DNA of 24,111 bases from a bacterium (GTDB lineage: Bacteria; UBA6262; WVXT01), in the NCBI GenBank assembly GCA_046759165.1, contig JBHIBS010000024.1:1-24111 (forward strand), in the 5' to 3' direction. The number at the start of each line of letters is the position of its first letter. The first letter of the stretch is position 1. Both the position numbers and the translations under genes were made by a program. Positions 23,242-24,111 of this stretch are shown piece after piece. The notes beneath the pieces were generated by a model that had not been told where the DNA came from, searched no databases, and saw only the letters and a list, made by a program, of their open reading frames with translations.

Positions 23242-24111
23242 ATGGAAAATTCAAAGCTAATTAGAGAAACTAAACTGGAAGGAATACCTCTCTTCTTTAG
23301 GGGGAAGGTGCGGGATATCTACGATCTGGGTGAGGAACTTCTGATTGTGGCCACAGACAGGATTTCTGCCTTTGATGTTGTTCTTCCCACTCCCATACCC
23401 GATAAAGGCAGAATACTCACCCAGATCTCTCTTTTCTGGTTCAATTACTTAAAGGATATCGTCCCCAACCACCTGATTAGTGGAGATGTTGAAGATTTTC
23501 CTCCTCAGCTCTTTCCTTATAAGGAGATTTTGAGAGGTCGCTCTATGCTGGTAAGGAAAGCGAGGCGAATAAATATAGAAAGTGTGGTTAGGGGATATCT
23601 TGCGGGTTCTTCCTGGAGAGATTACCAGAGGGAGAGGAGGGTTTGCGGTGTCGACTTACCCGAGGGTTTAAAGGAGTCAGATAGACTTCCCCAGCCCATC
23701 TTCACGCCAGCTACGAAAGCTCAGACAGGAAACCACGACATAAACATAACTGAAAAACAGCTTATTGATAACGAGGGAGAGGAGGTCTCCCTATTTCTCA
23801 AGGAGAAGAGCCTTGCCTCCTACAAAAAGGCAACCGATTATGCTCTCTCCAGAGGAATTATTATTGCCGATACCAAATTTGAGTTCGGCATTCTCAGGGA
23901 GGAGATAATCCTTATCGATGAAGTTTTAACTCCCGATTCTTCCAGGTTCTGGGATAAGGAGAGTTACCAGCCAGGAAAGCCCCAATTGAGCTTCGACAAA
24001 CAATTTGTCCGCGACTATCTCGAATCCCTCAATTGGGATAAGAGACCCCCTGCCCCCGAATTGCCTGAAGAAATTGTCCAAAAGACAGGGGAGAAATACC
24101 ACCAAGCCTAC
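23242..24111 (+). CDS. purC: Phosphoribosylaminoimidazolesuccinocarboxamide (SAICAR) synthase, truncated by the window end
   Basis: Manual translation from ATG 23242: [64 protein letters not shown]; no stop before 24111; absent from the ORF track. Confidence 0.96.
   Translation, partial: MENSKLIRETKLEGIPLFFRGKVRDIYDLGEELLIVATDRISAFDVVLPTPIPDKGRILTQISLFWFNYLKDIVPNHLISGDVEDFPPQLFPYKEILRGRSMLVRKARRINIESVVRGYLAGSSWRDYQRERRVCGVDLPEGLKESDRLPQPIFTPATKAQTGNHDINITEKQLIDNEGEEVSLFLKEKSLASYKKATDYALSRGIIIADTKFEFGILREEIILIDEVLTPDSSRFWDKESYQPGKPQLSFDKQFVRDYLESLNWDKRPPAPELPEEIVQKTGEKYHQAY

Noticed and set aside
1-24111. CRISPR array, rRNA, transposase, integrase, prophage or known defence system
   Set aside because: No regularly spaced repeats or hallmark proteins seen; the short antisense ORFs in the track are shadows of real genes

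Overview
About 24 kb of gene-dense, AT-leaning bacterial chromosome with sigma70-type promoters and Shine-Dalgarno sites. It looks like an anaerobe: class III ribonucleotide reductase, a predicted outer-membrane protein and several archaeal-flavoured enzymes. Its taxonomy cannot be fixed from the sequence alone. In order: a secreted protein, an OM beta-barrel, a site-2 protease-CBS protein and a PaaI thioesterase; a structured intergenic region with a truncated ttcA-like PP-loop remnant; a GlcD/D-lactate dehydrogenase-type flavoprotein; a minus-strand polyamine operon with speE flanked by two different AdoMetDC-fold genes; a frameshifted B12-binding radical SAM gene; DUF72; a small hypothetical gene; a ~180-nt nested palindromic element; a DUF488-kptA(Tpt1)-nth-acyP-MBL hydrolase-5-FCL-like cluster that may be a nucleic-acid end/abasic-site repair module; htpX, a CARDB-repeat exported protein and apgM; an NrdR-box-controlled nrdR-cupin-redoxin-nrdD-dut operon lacking nrdG; then guaB3 and purC (cut by the window edge). 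I found no rRNA, tRNA, CRISPR array, transposase or integrase. The best leads are the divergent second AdoMetDC paralogue, the DUF488/Tpt1/Nth cluster, the redoxin-linked NrdD operon and the intergenic palindromic elements.
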